Below are positions 49,226 through 59,339 of a DNA stretch of 64,000 bases, one piece after another. Origin of the DNA: Promethearchaeota archaeon. Its GTDB lineage: Archaea > Asgardarchaeota > Lokiarchaeia > Sigyniarchaeales > SOKP01. The DNA is taken from NCBI GenBank assembly GCA_019058445.1, contig JAHPZA010000006.1, positions 480,001 through 544,000 of the forward strand, read 5' to 3'. A program made the translations under genes and the position numbers. The notes beneath the pieces are model-generated. The model saw only the letters and a list, made by a program, of their open reading frames with translations. It was not told the origin of the DNA and ran no database searches. Every line of letters starts with the position of its first letter. Within the stretch, counting starts at the first letter, position 1.

Positions 49226-51313
49226 TTAATTTAATGTTTCATAAAGGTTATCATCTAGCTCTTCTAAATACATAGATGCCTCGAGCAAATCATTCCTTCC
49301 ACTGAATCTCGATCTTGATAAAAACAGATTTGTCTTAGCTCTAGTCAATGCTACATAGAATACTCGTCTTTCCTCTTCTAAATCCTCATCTATAGTTAGA
49401 TTTTGGTAGCTTGGAAAAAAACCATTCTCTAACATGGGAAGAAATACATTTTCCCATTCTAATCCTTTAGCTCTATGAATTGTTGAGATAATTAGTTTAT
49501 CTCTATCATTTCCTTTTTTTTCACTATGATATTCACTTTCATTCAAACTTAAATCATTGAGAAACTTACCAATTATTTTGAAATCATTTCCGATTTCAAT
49601 TAATAAATCTATATCATTCAATCTCTCCTGAAAGCTCTCATCATTCTCATTTCTCTTATATTTTTCCTCAAATATATTATAAAATAAAGGAGATTTGATA
49701 AATGAGTTAATTATCATTCCTACACTTCCTGTGAAAGAATAAAATGTTTTCATAATCACGATAATTTTATCGATAGTTTTATCACCTAAACGAGATATTT
49801 TACCTTTCTGCTTAAGTTTAATGATTCTTGCTTTTAGTTCCCTTTTATTGATTAAAAGAGACACTGGATTTTTCGATTTATATATAAGTTCTTCATAGAT
49901 CTTTATTGCATTTGTTTCTCCTAATCCGTAAATATATTTTGTTGCGATTCGTTTCCAGTATCCTTCCGCAAAGACGTCTTTTGGATTATATCTAAACGCT
50001 AGAAAAGCCAATAAATCACGTATATGAGCTTTCTCAAATAAAGAACGCCCTCCTCTTACTTCGAAAGGAATCTTATTTTCTGTTAATTTTATCATTAATT
50101 TATTAATATAATATATTTCCTCTCTGTTACCTCGTAGCGATCTAAATAATAAAGCGATTTCCCCATAAGGTTTTCCCTCTTGATGTAATTTTATAATATT
50201 TTCAAGAAGCCAATTTATTTGTTCTTGAAAGGTTTCTGCTTCAAATAACAAGGGCTTCATTCCAGATTCTCTATTAGAACGCATGTCCTTTTCATATCGA
50301 AAATAATTATTTTTAATAGAGTCATTTGCTAAATAGAGGATTTCAGGTATACTTCGATAATTCGTAGTTATATTATATTGTGTACACCCATAAAAGTTCG
50401 TTTGGAAGTTTAGAAAGTTCTTGATATTAGCTCCTCTAAAAGCATATATGGATTGAGCATCATCTCCAACAACCATTAAGCAAGATTTTTCATTCAGTTT
50501 AGCTAGTTTTGTAATTATCTCATTCTGAATAAAGTTAGTATCTTGATATTCATCAACTAAAATATATTTATATCTTTTGGCAAACTTCTTAACACTCTCA
50601 AAATCTAATAATCTACTCCAAAGTATAAGCAAATCATCAAAATCTATTTTTGAAAATTTTTTTTTTATATCTTTATATCTTTTATTAATTTCCCTAATTT
50701 GAGAAAGAAATCCTTTAAACTCTTGAAAACGCCAATCTATTGTTTCAGCAAGATCTCTATTACAATTAGCAGAACTACTAAGGACCTCTTTTATGTTTTT
50801 AGCTTTAGGAAATTTCTTCTTAATCTCTTGTAATAGATCATCTTCTTTATCTGGATGAATCACTAAATATTGTGGATTAGATATTAATTCATCTCTACAT
50901 GCATCATCAATACATTTATTAATTAAATCCCTTGCTTTACTCTCATCTAAAATATCATATCTTCCATATTTTAACATACCCTTGAAACGTTTCAGAAAAA
51001 CTGTATGAGCAATACTATGGAATGTTCCTGCTGTAATGGAAGGCATAAATCCCAATAATTTTTTCACACGTCCTAACATCTCCTCTGAGGCTTTATTTGT
51101 AAAGGTAACAAGCATTATCTGTTTAGGTGATACATCCATTTCAATTAACTTAGCTACACTATAAGTAATTGTCCTTGTTTTACCAGAACCTGCACCTGCT
51201 AAAATAAGCATTTTACCCCTTAGATTATTTACAATCTTTAATTGTTCCTTATTTAGTTTATTTTCATAATGTATCTGTTTTGGCTTCATTTTTAGCGATC
51301 TTGTCAATTCCAC
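49226..51313 (-). CDS. UvrD/PcrA SF1 helicase
   Basis: AGAGSGKT, VDEYQD, VGDDAQSIYAFRGA, NYRS, TIHRAKGLEW, YVALTRAK. Confidence 0.93.
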   Translation of the reverse strand: MELTRSLKMKPKQIHYENKLNKEQLKIVNNLRGKMLILAGAGSGKTRTITYSVAKLIEMDVSPKQIMLVTFTNKASEEMLGRVKKLLGFMPSITAGTFHSIAHTVFLKRFKGMLKYGRYDILDESKARDLINKCIDDACRDELISNPQYLVIHPDKEDDLLQEIKKKFPKAKNIKEVLSSSANCNRDLAETIDWRFQEFKGFLSQIREINKRYKDIKKKFSKIDFDDLLILWSRLLDFESVKKFAKRYKYILVDEYQDTNFIQNEIITKLAKLNEKSCLMVVGDDAQSIYAFRGANIKNFLNFQTNFYGCTQYNITTNYRSIPEILYLANDSIKNNYFRYEKDMRSNRESGMKPLLFEAETFQEQINWLLENIIKLHQEGKPYGEIALLFRSLRGNREEIYYINKLMIKLTENKIPFEVRGGRSLFEKAHIRDLLAFLAFRYNPKDVFAEGYWKRIATKYIYGLGETNAIKIYEELIYKSKNPVSLLINKRELKARIIKLKQKGKISRLGDKTIDKIIVIMKTFYSFTGSVGMIINSFIKSPLFYNIFEEKYKRNENDESFQERLNDIDLLIEIGNDFKIIGKFLNDLSLNESEYHSEKKGNDRDKLIISTIHRAKGLEWENVFLPMLENGFFPSYQNLTIDEDLEEERRVFYVALTRAKTNLFLSRSRFSGRNDLLEASMYLEELDDNLYETLN

Positions 51314-51863
51314 TTAAATTTTTTCTAGCTTTTTCTGAACTAGAATTCCTTTTTCAAGTATTTATCTTTTATTTTTCTGTTTTAAGTAAGTTTCAAAAAA
51401 AATCCAATCAGCAATGATCTTCTCAATAATAAAAATCTCTTTTTTAATAAAATAGATGTCTTTATCATAACAATATAATGTTGATTTGCTACACTTCAAA
51501 ATATCATGTTCAAATCTTAATTTGTATTTTGAAAGAAATTTATTGAATTATTTAATTATAACATTATTTTTATGACTCAATTCTTTTCTATCATTCTGAA
51601 TTCTTTAAAAACTGAGAAAAGAAGTCTTCATGAATTAAAAATTTATATTTTTTATTATAAAATATCTCATCCAATATTACTTTCCATCTAATTTTGTTTA
51701 AAATTCGACTTCATCTAATTGTATTCAGTTATCACTTTTTATATTTTTATGAAAAAAGTTAAAGAGGGAAAAGAGATCCCTAAAATCTCATTATTCCCCG
51801 ATAAATTTAAATACATATGAAATCTATGAGATTATAGCAAGATTAGAATAAAAATGTTTTAGC

Positions 51864-53174
51864 ATGACTAATTGTGAAGAATTGAAAAACATAGTAAATA
51901 ATCCAGATGAAGAAAATTTAAAAATAGAATTTAAAAATTCACACATATTGAAAACAAACAAGGGTAAGAAGAAAATTGCAAAAGAGATTGTCTCATTTGC
52001 AAATAAATACGGGGGGAAATTAATTTTAGGTATTAATAAAGATAGATCGTTTGAAGGAAAGAATATATTTAATGTTGATATTGATAAAGGGAAAATTGTT
52101 GGGATTATTAGAGATAGAATTAGTCCTAATTTAAATTGTGAGATTGAATTTTTACCTTGTATTGAAGGTGATGTAATAGTCATAAATACACCAAAAAGAA
52201 AAGATATGCCTAATGCTGTTGTTAAAAAAAGTGATGGAAAAATAATAAATAGAGGATATTATACTAGAACTTCTCATGGGATAAGAGATGTTTCAGATAA
52301 AGAATTACAATATTTATTTAAAGAAGAAAAAATCAATTTTTCATACCCCTTTAAAATTGTTATTAATTACATAAAAGATTCTTTAAGAATTCCTCCATTA
52401 GGTCTTGAAAGCCCTTCATGTATTAAACAATATTATTTACCTCTAATAGAAAAAATACCAAATGAGATTCTCGAAAGTATTAAGAGTGAATTCGATGATA
52501 AATTTCGATTTTTTATGGAAATCACCCCTTATATTTTACTTATGTCATTCACTTTTTATTTTAAATATTCCTGGTTAATAGAGGTTAAAAGACATAATGG
52601 TCAAAGAAGTAGTAGAGCAATTTCTACAAATGTGCCAAAGAAAAGAATTCAAATTAATGAATTACCAACTCTCCCTAATGATTCAATATTATCTAAATTC
52701 TCAATTGATATTAGGGAAATTTTAGATGAGGTGAGTTTCCGGGAATTTTTTATCCCTATTAATATGGATTTAAATATTTTTAAAAAAAAGACAGTTGGTT
52801 ATGAAATAATAATGGAACATGAAGATTTTAAATTTATTATCTCTTTTAATTTTGATATGTGGGGATTAGGTCTTGATCAATTACATCCACGAAGAGCTAC
52901 TTATTTAAATCAATATTTATATGAAGGAAAAGAAAATATTAATGATCAATTTGAACATATTCAATTTGATTGTAAATTTAATACGGAATTTAAATTTCCA
53001 GAAAATAATCCCGAATTATTTGATAATTTTTATCACTATGCGAAAACAATTAAAGATATTCTTCTAAATGAATGGGATTATCAAAAATATATAAAAAAAT
53101 TACCTCATCATTTACTCTATTCGATTGATTTAAAATTAAAGGATATCTCAAATTATTTACAAAATAAAAAGTAA
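51864..53174 (+). CDS. Schlafen AlbA_2 domain protein with unknown C-terminal domain
   Basis: EENLKIEFK, IAKEIVSFANKYGGKLILGI, YYTR motifs. Confidence 0.85.
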   Translation: MTNCEELKNIVNNPDEENLKIEFKNSHILKTNKGKKKIAKEIVSFANKYGGKLILGINKDRSFEGKNIFNVDIDKGKIVGIIRDRISPNLNCEIEFLPCIEGDVIVINTPKRKDMPNAVVKKSDGKIINRGYYTRTSHGIRDVSDKELQYLFKEEKINFSYPFKIVINYIKDSLRIPPLGLESPSCIKQYYLPLIEKIPNEILESIKSEFDDKFRFFMEITPYILLMSFTFYFKYSWLIEVKRHNGQRSSRAISTNVPKKRIQINELPTLPNDSILSKFSIDIREILDEVSFREFFIPINMDLNIFKKKTVGYEIIMEHEDFKFIISFNFDMWGLGLDQLHPRRATYLNQYLYEGKENINDQFEHIQFDCKFNTEFKFPENNPELFDNFYHYAKTIKDILLNEWDYQKYIKKLPHHLLYSIDLKLKDISNYLQNKK

Positions 53175-53502
53175 TAATTATTACAGATTCAATATGTTGA
53201 GTATATGGTAATTTTAAGTAGTACCTTAATAAAAATAATTAAAAACCTAAATTATTCACGTTTGGGTTTATCTTTCTTTTTTAATTAAGATTAAGAAGTT
53301 CCTTCAGCTCTTTCAATCTCAATGGTAAGTTTGTAATCTGCTCTCAAATCAAAATGATCAACAATTTTTTTTATACATATAATTTTGCCTGTCTTGCTTA
53401 GATTTCCATTTAAATACCATGATTTTACGATACTTATTATAGGGCGGATAGAATTTTTCTTCAAATGATCGTTTAAGCAAATATTGAAAAAACTCGAAAT
53501 TT

Positions 53503-55137
53503 GGGTAGTTACAAAATTTCGTGATGGGTTTTAAATCTTTGGTGACATTTTATCCTTCTTGGATTGCGAAGTATTCGTGCCAAAGTTGTTGGTAATTTCC
53601 ATACCATTTCTCAAGCTTATTAAATTCCGCTTGAAAATAGCGATGCTGAGCACTCATGGTACGTTTATCTGGAAGTTCGGACAGAATAATTTTAAACTCA
53701 TCATATTTCGTCTTTAAATAGCTAATATGTTCGGGAAATCGACCAAAATTATGTTTAAATACACGATAATCAAGAATTCGCTGTGCGCCTTGAGGAGTCA
53801 TCATGCCTCGCTTAAACGATGGGTAGTAGGTATACTTCTTATGATATGCCTCTAAAAGGTTATTAGTTGTAGGGATAAGCGGATTCCGCTGATAGGCTAT
53901 AATTTTTGGAAACCATGATTCTAAGTTTTTTAACGCTGTTTGTAAGTGCTTAATCTTTTTACCCTTTAATTTTTCTACTGTATGGCGCACGATTTCTAAT
54001 TGTATGTAAGCATCTGCCTCATGCCTCGAATCAATCAAGTTATAGAAGCGTTTTAAAAGCCATCTCCACTTCTTTGGAATTGGTTTTACTGACTGAGTAG
54101 ATAAACCTGCATAAGCCTTCACATGTTTGGATATCATCCATTTCACATGGGTTAAACAATTTTGTTGGATGATATGTTTGAAACTATGTGATTTAAATAG
54201 CCTTCCTAAATTAGTCGTACAATCTTTTACAATTCCATTTATCCAAAGTACGTTATGGCAGCGCGCCTCTTTAAACAAATGATATCCGGCGCTCCTGCCC
54301 ATGGAATCAGATATTTTTGCGGCTGGTACAAACCTCGTTACCACATCCACGGTGTCTAAGGTGTACATCTTCTCACCTCCAATTCGCATGTGAATCTCAT
54401 CATACCCCCAATATCCGCTTGATGGGACTGGAGTTTCTTTTAATATTTTTCTAAGCGGTTTAGTGACCTCCTCTATCCAATAGACAATGGTAGATCTAGG
54501 AATTTCTAAATTAAAATCTACCTTGAATATTTGTTGGATTTGTGAAGGCATCAGGCCATTCATATAATGTTGCCGAGCCCGACGTTTATGATTTTCATGG
54601 TATTTGCCATATTTTGGGGCAATTTCAGAATAATCAGGGTGTACTTCGCCACACCGCTTACATCGCTTTCTATGAATGCGAAATTCATGCTTCCCGAGAT
54701 CTTTATCTAAGATTGCTATTCGCGGATATTGCCCGTTTTTTCTCAATCTCCTCCCACATTCAAGACAGTGCGTTTCTTTTATATAAACGTCTCCTTCTGC
54801 CATCATTTTTATTTTGTAATCGCTTCTAATGGAATTGGTAGCTCTTTTCTTTTCGTCGGATATTAACCCGTTGATTTTTTGATCAAAAATTTCTGGAAAA
54901 AATTTATTAAGTGTGGTTTGTTCTATCTTTATGGGAGTATTTCTTTTACTTGATTTTGGTATGGGCATATTAAAATTAAGTAAAGGACTCCTAATAAATC
55001 TCTCCTTTTAATATTATGATTTAACGATGGAAATCACACCCCATAACCTCTGTTTCTATTGGAAAGGATAGATCATAAAAATTTGGATATAAATTATCAT
55101 CAAGTATTCTTAAAATCACAGAGTTTTGTAACCAACC
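53503..55137 (-). mobile_element. Insertion sequence, IS256/Mutator-like DDE group, 1635 bp
   Basis: TIRs GGGTAGTTACAAAATTTCGTGAT and (revcomp) GGTTGGTTACAAAACTCTGTGAT (18/23 identical); 8-bp TSD CGAAATTT at 53495-53502 and 55138-55145. Confidence 0.9.
53550..54968 (-). CDS. DDE transposase
   Basis: CLEC/CKRC Zn finger, HTH, GYDE, VKDC, C-x2-H (NCLTHV), TTNNLLE. Confidence 0.9.
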   Translation of the reverse strand: MPIPKSSKRNTPIKIEQTTLNKFFPEIFDQKINGLISDEKKRATNSIRSDYKIKMMAEGDVYIKETHCLECGRRLRKNGQYPRIAILDKDLGKHEFRIHRKRCKRCGEVHPDYSEIAPKYGKYHENHKRRARQHYMNGLMPSQIQQIFKVDFNLEIPRSTIVYWIEEVTKPLRKILKETPVPSSGYWGYDEIHMRIGGEKMYTLDTVDVVTRFVPAAKISDSMGRSAGYHLFKEARCHNVLWINGIVKDCTTNLGRLFKSHSFKHIIQQNCLTHVKWMISKHVKAYAGLSTQSVKPIPKKWRWLLKRFYNLIDSRHEADAYIQLEIVRHTVEKLKGKKIKHLQTALKNLESWFPKIIAYQRNPLIPTTNNLLEAYHKKYTYYPSFKRGMMTPQGAQRILDYRVFKHNFGRFPEHISYLKTKYDEFKIILSELPDKRTMSAQHRYFQAEFNKLEKWYGNYQQLWHEYFAIQEG

Positions 55138-55287
55138 CGAAATTTTTCTTTAAATGGATTTGGTTTAAATAATATAGAAAATTTTTGGAGTATGATTGTT
55201 ATTAATAGGCGATAATTTTATATTATTTAAAATTCAATTTAACAATGAAGCAAAATTCAAAATTATGAGTTAAAGGAGGAATAAAAA

Positions 55288-55998
55288 TTGGCTCTTTCGC
55301 GAGATGAGATTTTAGAATATATCAATACAAATCAGATTATTACGCGAAATTTCGAAGAAAAATGTTTAGAACCTGCAAGTTATGACATTCGATTGGGTAC
55401 TGAGGGGATTACATCCAGCAATAAAAAGATAGTCAATATAGAAGAGTTAGGATATTTGGCAATTGAACCTGGAGAATTCGCAGTTTTCACGAGCTTGGAA
55501 TTTTTTGAAATGCCGAATGATATCGTTGGAAATATAGGGATGAAATCCAAGTATGCCCGGAAAGGATTAATATTACTAGTAGGATTACAGATTGATCCAG
55601 GATTTAAAGGATATCTCACGCTTCGAATGTTCAATACAAGTACCCAAAAAATCGTATTATCATACAGGGATAAAATTGGGATGGTTCAATTTATTAAACT
55701 AAATGTACCTGCAAAAAAACCTTATAGTGGTCCTTATCAAGAACAATTGACAATACCACCCGAAGATATTTCCCATATAATAGAAGCAGAGGGAATGACA
55801 ATGGGGAATGTTATAAAATCCTTACAAGGTCTTATTACGTCTATAAATGATTTAAAAAACTCCCAGGAAAATCTAAGAAAAGATTGGGAGAAACATGAAG
55901 CTCGAATGGAACGGCATGAAAAGAGAATAGAGTGGATATTTGGGATCATTCTCGGCGTTCTCACGGTAATATTCACTATATTTACATTTATTCAATAG
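55288..55998 (+). CDS. dCTP deaminase/dUTPase-fold protein with C-terminal coiled coil and TM anchor
   Basis: PASYDIRLG, KSKYARKGL, IDPGFKG, YSGPYQ; catalytic Glu position reads Arg (LTLRMFN); ends WIFGIILGVLTVIFTIFTFIQ; SD AAGGAGGA upstream of TTG. Confidence 0.85.
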   Translation: MALSRDEILEYINTNQIITRNFEEKCLEPASYDIRLGTEGITSSNKKIVNIEELGYLAIEPGEFAVFTSLEFFEMPNDIVGNIGMKSKYARKGLILLVGLQIDPGFKGYLTLRMFNTSTQKIVLSYRDKIGMVQFIKLNVPAKKPYSGPYQEQLTIPPEDISHIIEAEGMTMGNVIKSLQGLITSINDLKNSQENLRKDWEKHEARMERHEKRIEWIFGIILGVLTVIFTIFTFIQ

Positions 55999-56217
55999 GA
56001 TAAAGTTTGCAAAGGTGTAATTTTGTGCTTATAGACTTGAAATTAGATCGATTTAGTAAATTTGGATTAAAATTCTCCAAAAATTTATATAAAAAACTTT
56101 TTTTTACATTATCATCAAAAGATGCCTCATTATTTATTGAATGAAATTCTTGAAAAATTTTAAATTGAAAGCCTAGTGTCAAGTTCATTTCTACCCCGAT
56201 GGTGATTTATCTTAGTT

Positions 56218-57069
56218 ATGACTTACGTAGAAAAATTACAAGAACGATCAAAAATATTAATACAAATAACTGGAGTAATGGTTGCATTTTTTATTGCAGC
56301 ATATCTAAACTTTTTAGATTATAGATTTAAGCACGAATACTCATTTAATATCTTACTCATAGGATTATCAGCAATAGTTTTAAGCTTCCTTTTCTCAATT
56401 ATGGGGGCAATTTTCAGCACAAGCGGTCTACTCTGTAAAAATAAGAGCGAAGGGGGCAATAAGGATGATATGAAGATGGCATTAAATGTTACATTTATCT
56501 ACATTCCTCTTTTAAATCTTGTGATTGCTATGGCATGTATTGCACACGCTTTTTTATTAGAAGTGGACTTTCCATTGTGGACTTTTTTATATATAATAAT
56601 TCTAATTGGAGCTAGCTGTAGTGTGAGTCTCTCCTTTATATATAAATTTTACTTATCGAACTTATCCATAACGAGTAAGAATTATGGAAACACTATTTTT
56701 TTAATTTTTTTTATTATATTCTTAGTGTTATTTTATATAACAGAGGTGTTCATCTCCAAATATACCGTAATTAATGCTATATTCCTTCCAACGATGTGGT
56801 TATTTAGTATAATTTGGGGAGCTAGCTTAGTAGCTATTATACTAATCTCCATAATTTACCGAAACAAAATGAGAAAAAAAATAAAAGATATGCCATCCAA
56901 GGACAAAAAAGAGGAATTTGATACTGAAATTGATAATTTAAACAAAATAAAAACCCATTGGATTATTTTGGAGGTTATTTGCATAAGTGTTTATGTCGTA
57001 TGTTTATTGATATTTAGTTATTGTATTTTAAGCTCTTACTGCATTTTAGCTTTATTTAATGCTGTATGA
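56218..57069 (+). CDS. Multi-pass membrane protein (about 7 TM)
   Basis: Hydrophobicity pattern; N-terminus resembles 58803..59339. Confidence 0.7.
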   Translation: MTYVEKLQERSKILIQITGVMVAFFIAAYLNFLDYRFKHEYSFNILLIGLSAIVLSFLFSIMGAIFSTSGLLCKNKSEGGNKDDMKMALNVTFIYIPLLNLVIAMACIAHAFLLEVDFPLWTFLYIIILIGASCSVSLSFIYKFYLSNLSITSKNYGNTIFLIFFIIFLVLFYITEVFISKYTVINAIFLPTMWLFSIIWGASLVAIILISIIYRNKMRKKIKDMPSKDKKEEFDTEIDNLNKIKTHWIILEVICISVYVVCLLIFSYCILSSYCILALFNAV

Positions 57070-57371
57070 TTATTTTGATATTATAATTTCTAAATTTTCA
57101 ATGTTAGATCATTCCATCTTCAATTAAAAAGTCGATCCAGATCATCAAGTCAGTTTGAATTTGATTTTTTCGTTCCAGGAAGAACATAATTTTTTGCTCA
57201 TGCAGTTCAATTTCGTCTTTGCTCGCGTTAAACAAGGTGAGTTGAACTTTTTCTTCTATCAATAATTCTAATGAAATATTAATCCGTTTGATCTGCTTTA
57301 GGATATTTTTAAATTTTAAATAGATTTCTCATTTTTTTTTAACTCATTTTCATTTGAATTGAGCTTATTTT

Positions 57372-57710
57372 TTAATTTATTAATTGTTTTTCGATTAACT
57401 TTTTAGCTTTTTCGGTTAAATGAAGTTTGGGAAACCATGGGTTATTGTAATCAAGGCTTGGAGCTAAAATTCCCGATGTTATATATTCCCATATCTTATC
57501 CGAAACTTTAAGATAATCTTCATTAGATAAAACGAGCTCCCGTGATTTTACATTCATATAATCCATATTAGTAGCTATACTCTGAATTTTTTTATATAAT
57601 TCATTTGTAATTCCTACGTAAAAGATCATATTCCTTTTAATTAGCTCTTTAACAATATTTTCAACTTTTTGATCATCAAAACTTTCATATTCAGTTGATA
57701 TTTTAATCAC
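57372..57710 (-). CDS. Small winged-helix-like hypothetical protein
   Basis: KIWEYITSGILAP...PKLHLTEKAK pattern. Confidence 0.55.
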   Translation of the reverse strand: MIKISTEYESFDDQKVENIVKELIKRNMIFYVGITNELYKKIQSIATNMDYMNVKSRELVLSNEDYLKVSDKIWEYITSGILAPSLDYNNPWFPKLHLTEKAKKLIEKQLIN

Positions 57711-57944
57711 CTTGGATTTATTTTAGTTTGATTTCGATTCAAGATTAGAATTTTAAATTTTTGTCAATTTTTTATTAATTGTAAAAACTTTTAAAATTTT
57801 GTATAAAATAACAATAGGATTAGAATCTAAATAATTGTGTTATCAAAATTTTATGAAATCTAGATTTAAAAAAAATTTATATCCAAATGAATATTGAATA
57901 AAATAGAATTTTTGACAATTTTATAAAAAAGCAAGGGCTTAAAG

Positions 57945-58412
57945 ATGTCAAATAATTTAATTTTATCAATTGTAAATACTAGTATTTTTATCTCCTGTAT
58001 AGTTATACAGCTTCTAGTTGCTTGGTTAAGTATAAACGACGCAAATTGGATAATTATTGGCTTAATAGGTTTAACACTCGGATTTGCTTCATTATTTATC
58101 AATAATCCAACTAGTGCTGGAATTGGATTTGGTTTCATAATGGGTTTTTGTTACGGCTACCTTCTATTGTTGTACTTAATATATTATGATCTTTTTGTAA
58201 AATATGGAATAAACATGCCTATAGCAATATTAGGTATCTTTGGATTTTTAATCAGTATATTAATTATATTCTTTTTTCTTAAAGATCCAGAATATCGAGG
58301 ATATGAAAGAGTTTTGAGATCTAGACCTTCAGGGGATAGAATAATTGAACTTATAACTGCAATTATTATGCTTATTGTTGCTATTATTTCTTTAATTGAA
58401 ATTTATGAATAA
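57945..58412 (+). CDS. Membrane protein (about 5 TM)
   Basis: Hydrophobicity pattern. Confidence 0.65.
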   Translation: MSNNLILSIVNTSIFISCIVIQLLVAWLSINDANWIIIGLIGLTLGFASLFINNPTSAGIGFGFIMGFCYGYLLLLYLIYYDLFVKYGINMPIAILGIFGFLISILIIFFFLKDPEYRGYERVLRSRPSGDRIIELITAIIMLIVAIISLIEIYE

Positions 58413-58509
58413 TAAATTGATAAGATTTTTTTCTAATTTTATTTCTTTAATTTTCTTTTCATAAAAAGACAAATAAGAAAATTTAGACTTTTTAAGGTCT
58501 CCGAGGGTC

Positions 58510-58692
58510 ACATGCTTTATTTCCTCTCAATTAATCATTTCTCTCATAGGGGAGGATGAATAACAAATTTATGTTCTTCCCTTAGCAATTTCAGGAGAAT
58601 TTTGCACAATTCCATCTTTCAGAAGTTTTTTCATATAATAATTCACTTTTCCTGCAGACCACTTCACTTTTTTTGACAGGATGTAGAAATTA
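58510..58692 (-). pseudogene. Decayed wHTH regulator fragment
   Basis: Reads NFYILSKKVKWSAGKVNYYMKKLLKDGIVQNSPEIAKGRT*ICYSSSPMREMIN*EEIK with two in-frame stops. Confidence 0.45.
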
Positions 58693-58802
58693 AAAGAATT
58701 AAATATTATAGTTAAGTAAAAATAATTAGAGATCAAAAAATTTAGTACTTACTAATAGACTAAATAATTCAAAATCAAACCAAAATTCAAAATGGAGGTT
58801 AA

Positions 58803-59339
58803 TTGTTGATGGATAAAAATCTCAATTCTGAAAATTCCCTGAGCACTCCTCCAACCTATTCAGATCCTCAAGGACTCGAAGAAAGCGTATTTAACAAAAA
58901 TAAAAGTCGGGGAAATACGCTTTTTCAAACTATTGGAATTATGTTAGCTCTGTTTTTTCCCGTGTTTTTGAGTATTAAGCGAGAGCTCTCGTCGTCTCAA
59001 TATAACTTATTTATGCTCGCTCAGTGGTTTTTGTTTGCTAGTTTTTTCGCTTCAATGATTGGATTTCTATTTCTATACAATCCTCAATGGACAGTAAAAC
59101 ACATGAAAGCGTGGAAAAAACTATTCTTATTTACTCCCACTATTTTGTTAGCTATAGCTTTACTCTTAATCGCATATGTCTTTAGCGAATTAGAAGAGTC
59201 ATTGATATTGGTTCGATACATTTTTATTGGAACATTAGTTTTAATCGCTTTAATTTTTTCGAGATCAATTGTTTCTCTGATTCAGATTAAGATCGAAACT
59301 CTTAGATACAAGAAAAAATCTAAGAACAAATTAAACTAA
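58803..59339 (+). CDS. 4-TM membrane protein
   Basis: Four hydrophobic helices; KSRGNTLFQTIGIMLALF resembles QERSKILIQITGVMVAFF of 56218. Confidence 0.7.
   Translation: MLMDKNLNSENSLSTPPTYSDPQGLEESVFNKNKSRGNTLFQTIGIMLALFFPVFLSIKRELSSSQYNLFMLAQWFLFASFFASMIGFLFLYNPQWTVKHMKAWKKLFLFTPTILLAIALLLIAYVFSELEESLILVRYIFIGTLVLIALIFSRSIVSLIQIKIETLRYKKKSKNKLN

Noticed and set aside
53290-55200. Gene interrupted by the IS
   Set aside because: Rejoining the flanks gives only short open frames with no start codon or recognisable motif.
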